Assembly: GCF_009914755.1 (NCBI RefSeq)
Contig: NC_060932.1
DNA: 64,000 nt
Direction: 5' to 3' (one strand)
From: the human T2T-CHM13v2.0 reference genome, Homo sapiens
Shown: piece by piece, positions 61,102 through 64,000 of the stretch
How positions within the stretch are numbered: position 1 is the stretch's first letter
Layout: each line of letters begins with the position of its first letter
The notes under the pieces: model-generated
Told to the model about the DNA's origin: nothing
The model's input: only the letters and a program-made list of their open reading frames with translations
The model's database searches: none
Program-made: the position numbers and the translations under genes

Positions 61102-61949
61102 AAACAATCGTGGCTTTGAGCTCTAAACACACAAGGCACCAGCCCAAGTTTGGGCAATTTTAATACAACAGCCATTTTGCCTCCAAACAAACTGACACTG
61201 GGAACCTCCCTCTGCCTCTAAAAGAGAACCAGTTTCCCTTTCTCTAAGTGGGCAGCATTTCTCCCCTGTGGCAGTACCCAGCCCACTACCACCAGCAAAG
61301 GACTGCAGCCAGGACCCAAGAGCTTGAGAGTTTAAAGAATAGATTTTATACGGAAAAATAAAGTAACATCCACATAAATCTGGAACTACCACCACTTTCC
61401 AGAGGCCGAATCCCATTTGTGGAATCTCTTGCGTGTCAAGCACCTTGCAGTCAGCTCAACTACACACTTTTGGGATTCGTTGCAGACACGAGAGAAGGTT
61501 ATCAGCAAAATAAAGGAACCAGGGCTCAGAATTACCAGAACAATCCATGACAGAGGAGGTGAGTAGAAAAGGGAAGGGTGAAGTCAAAGGAGAGAAGTCA
61601 ATGAGTTGGCCAACACCAAACAAGGATCATGGGACCCTCTCCACGACCCCACATCTCAAATGAAGTCAACAAAACCCATCAATGCTTGGTGTAAGTGTTG
61701 TATGCTCCCGGAAATGAAAGCAGGGGCCACATTTCAGGTCAGTAGGGTCGGTGGTAGAGGCAGCGGTCATGGACTTGTGGGCCCTGGAGGATGGGATGAT
61801 TCTGAGACATTGAATCCCTGCACTGATCTCAGTTGAAATCTCAGGTAGGGCTTCAACATTCGTGGACCAAGGACTCTGTGGGCCTGAGAGCAACAGCTTT
61901 GGTGCATGTCCCAGCTCCATCAATCCCAACTGGGGCTTTGAACAAGTTA

Positions 61950-62627
61950 CTTATTTTTTTAACTAAAGTTATTTTAATTGACAAATCAAAATTGTACACA
62001 TGTATGTGATGTTTTGATATGTGTATACAATGTGGGATGATTAGATCAAACTAATGAACACGTCCATCCCCTAATTTACTGACAATTTTCATGATGCGAC
62101 ATTTGAAATGTACCCACTTAGTTATTTTGAAAGATACATTATTATTTACTATAGTCACGCTACTGTGCTATAGATTTCAAAGCATATAATCCAGCAACCC
62201 AACTTCTGGATATAGACCAAAAAAAAATCAAAATCAATATGTCGAAGGGATCCCTACATTCCTATGTTCACTGCAGCACTATTCACAATACCCAAGATAT
62301 AGAATCAACCTAAGTGTCCATTAGTGGATGAAAAGATAAAGCAAATGGACTATATACACACAACGGAATACTATTAACCCTTAAAAAAGAAAGAATTCCT
62401 GTCATTTTCAACAACATAGATGAATTTGAAAGACATTGTGTTAAGTGAAATAAGCCAGGCACAGAAAGACAAATACTGCATGATTTTACTTATATGTGGA
62501 ATCTAAAGAAGTAGAACTTACAGAAATAGAGAGTAGGACAGTGGTTATCTGGGGATGGGGTGAAGGAAAGGGAGGGGATTGGAGACACTGGTCAAAGGGT
62601 ACAAAGTTTCCAATAGGAAGAATAAGT
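61950..62627. mobile_element. L1MA-like 3' end with 5' inversion, inserted in a MIR
   Basis: Minus-strand 3' terminus 61950-62185, plus-strand upstream part 62186-62627. Flanked by TTTGAACAAGTTA / TTTGAACAAGCTA. Confidence 0.78.
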
Positions 62628-62929
62628 TTTGAACAAGCTAAACTCCTCTGAAAGTTCAGTTCCTCATCTGTAGAGCTGGGACACATCATCAACCTTCTAC
62701 GGATGTTGCTGTGAGAGTAAGAGATGATGTTCAACGCAATACCTAACACACAGTCAGGTCTCCTTAAGCTTGAACCTGCATCCCCATGACCTCTACATCT
62801 CAGGACAGAAGGGCTCACAGCCAGTGTCTCAGTTCCCAATGAAAAGTGGATCCCAGACCAGGCTGAACAGCAGGATCCCTAGGGGATACCCCACCCTACT
62901 GAGTCAAAATCACTAGAAGTAGAGCCTGG

Positions 62930-62948
62930 GTATGTATGTATGTGTGTG

Positions 62949-62989
<41 letters not shown>

Positions 62990-62990
62990 A
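62930..62990. repeat. (TG)n microsatellite
   Basis: Visible GT repeat at an Alu tail. Confidence 0.92.
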
Positions 62991-62992
62991 TA

Positions 62993-63318
<326 letters not shown>

Positions 63319-63344
63319 CTCTTTCATTGTTGTTTCTTGTTTGT

Positions 63345-64000
<656 letters not shown>

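Overview
Primate (human-like) repeat-rich genomic DNA with no intact protein-coding gene. The window is two diverged copies (about 93% identical in a 150-bp spot check) of one segmental-duplication module joined head-to-head. Position 1 pairs with ~59591. The axis of symmetry is a 684-bp spacer (19932-20615) inside the leader of a HERV-T/S71 (LTR6) provirus. The left arm lacks a ~19.2-kb block (21482-40654) present in the right arm. Each arm carries a HERV-K(HML-2) pol/env remnant with LTR5, an old near-full-length L1M interrupted by an L1P element, a full THE1 MaLR element and Alus, and a 5'-truncated SNRPC processed pseudogene. The right-arm-only block holds a MER11 solo LTR, a two-LTR HERV-K11/HML-8 provirus with internal deletions, and an Alu/LTR/L1 patchwork junction. 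An RPS3A processed pseudogene runs off the right end. This content resembles the OR7E/FAM86/ALG1L-associated duplicon family (inference). I see no new enzymatic or defence-type system. The notable signals are structural: a fold-back centre with possible dsRNA-forming transcription, microhomology junctions, and a ~100-bp templated insertion copied from nearby DNA. Repeat family names come from recalled consensus sequences, not a database search, and most repeat boundaries are approximate.
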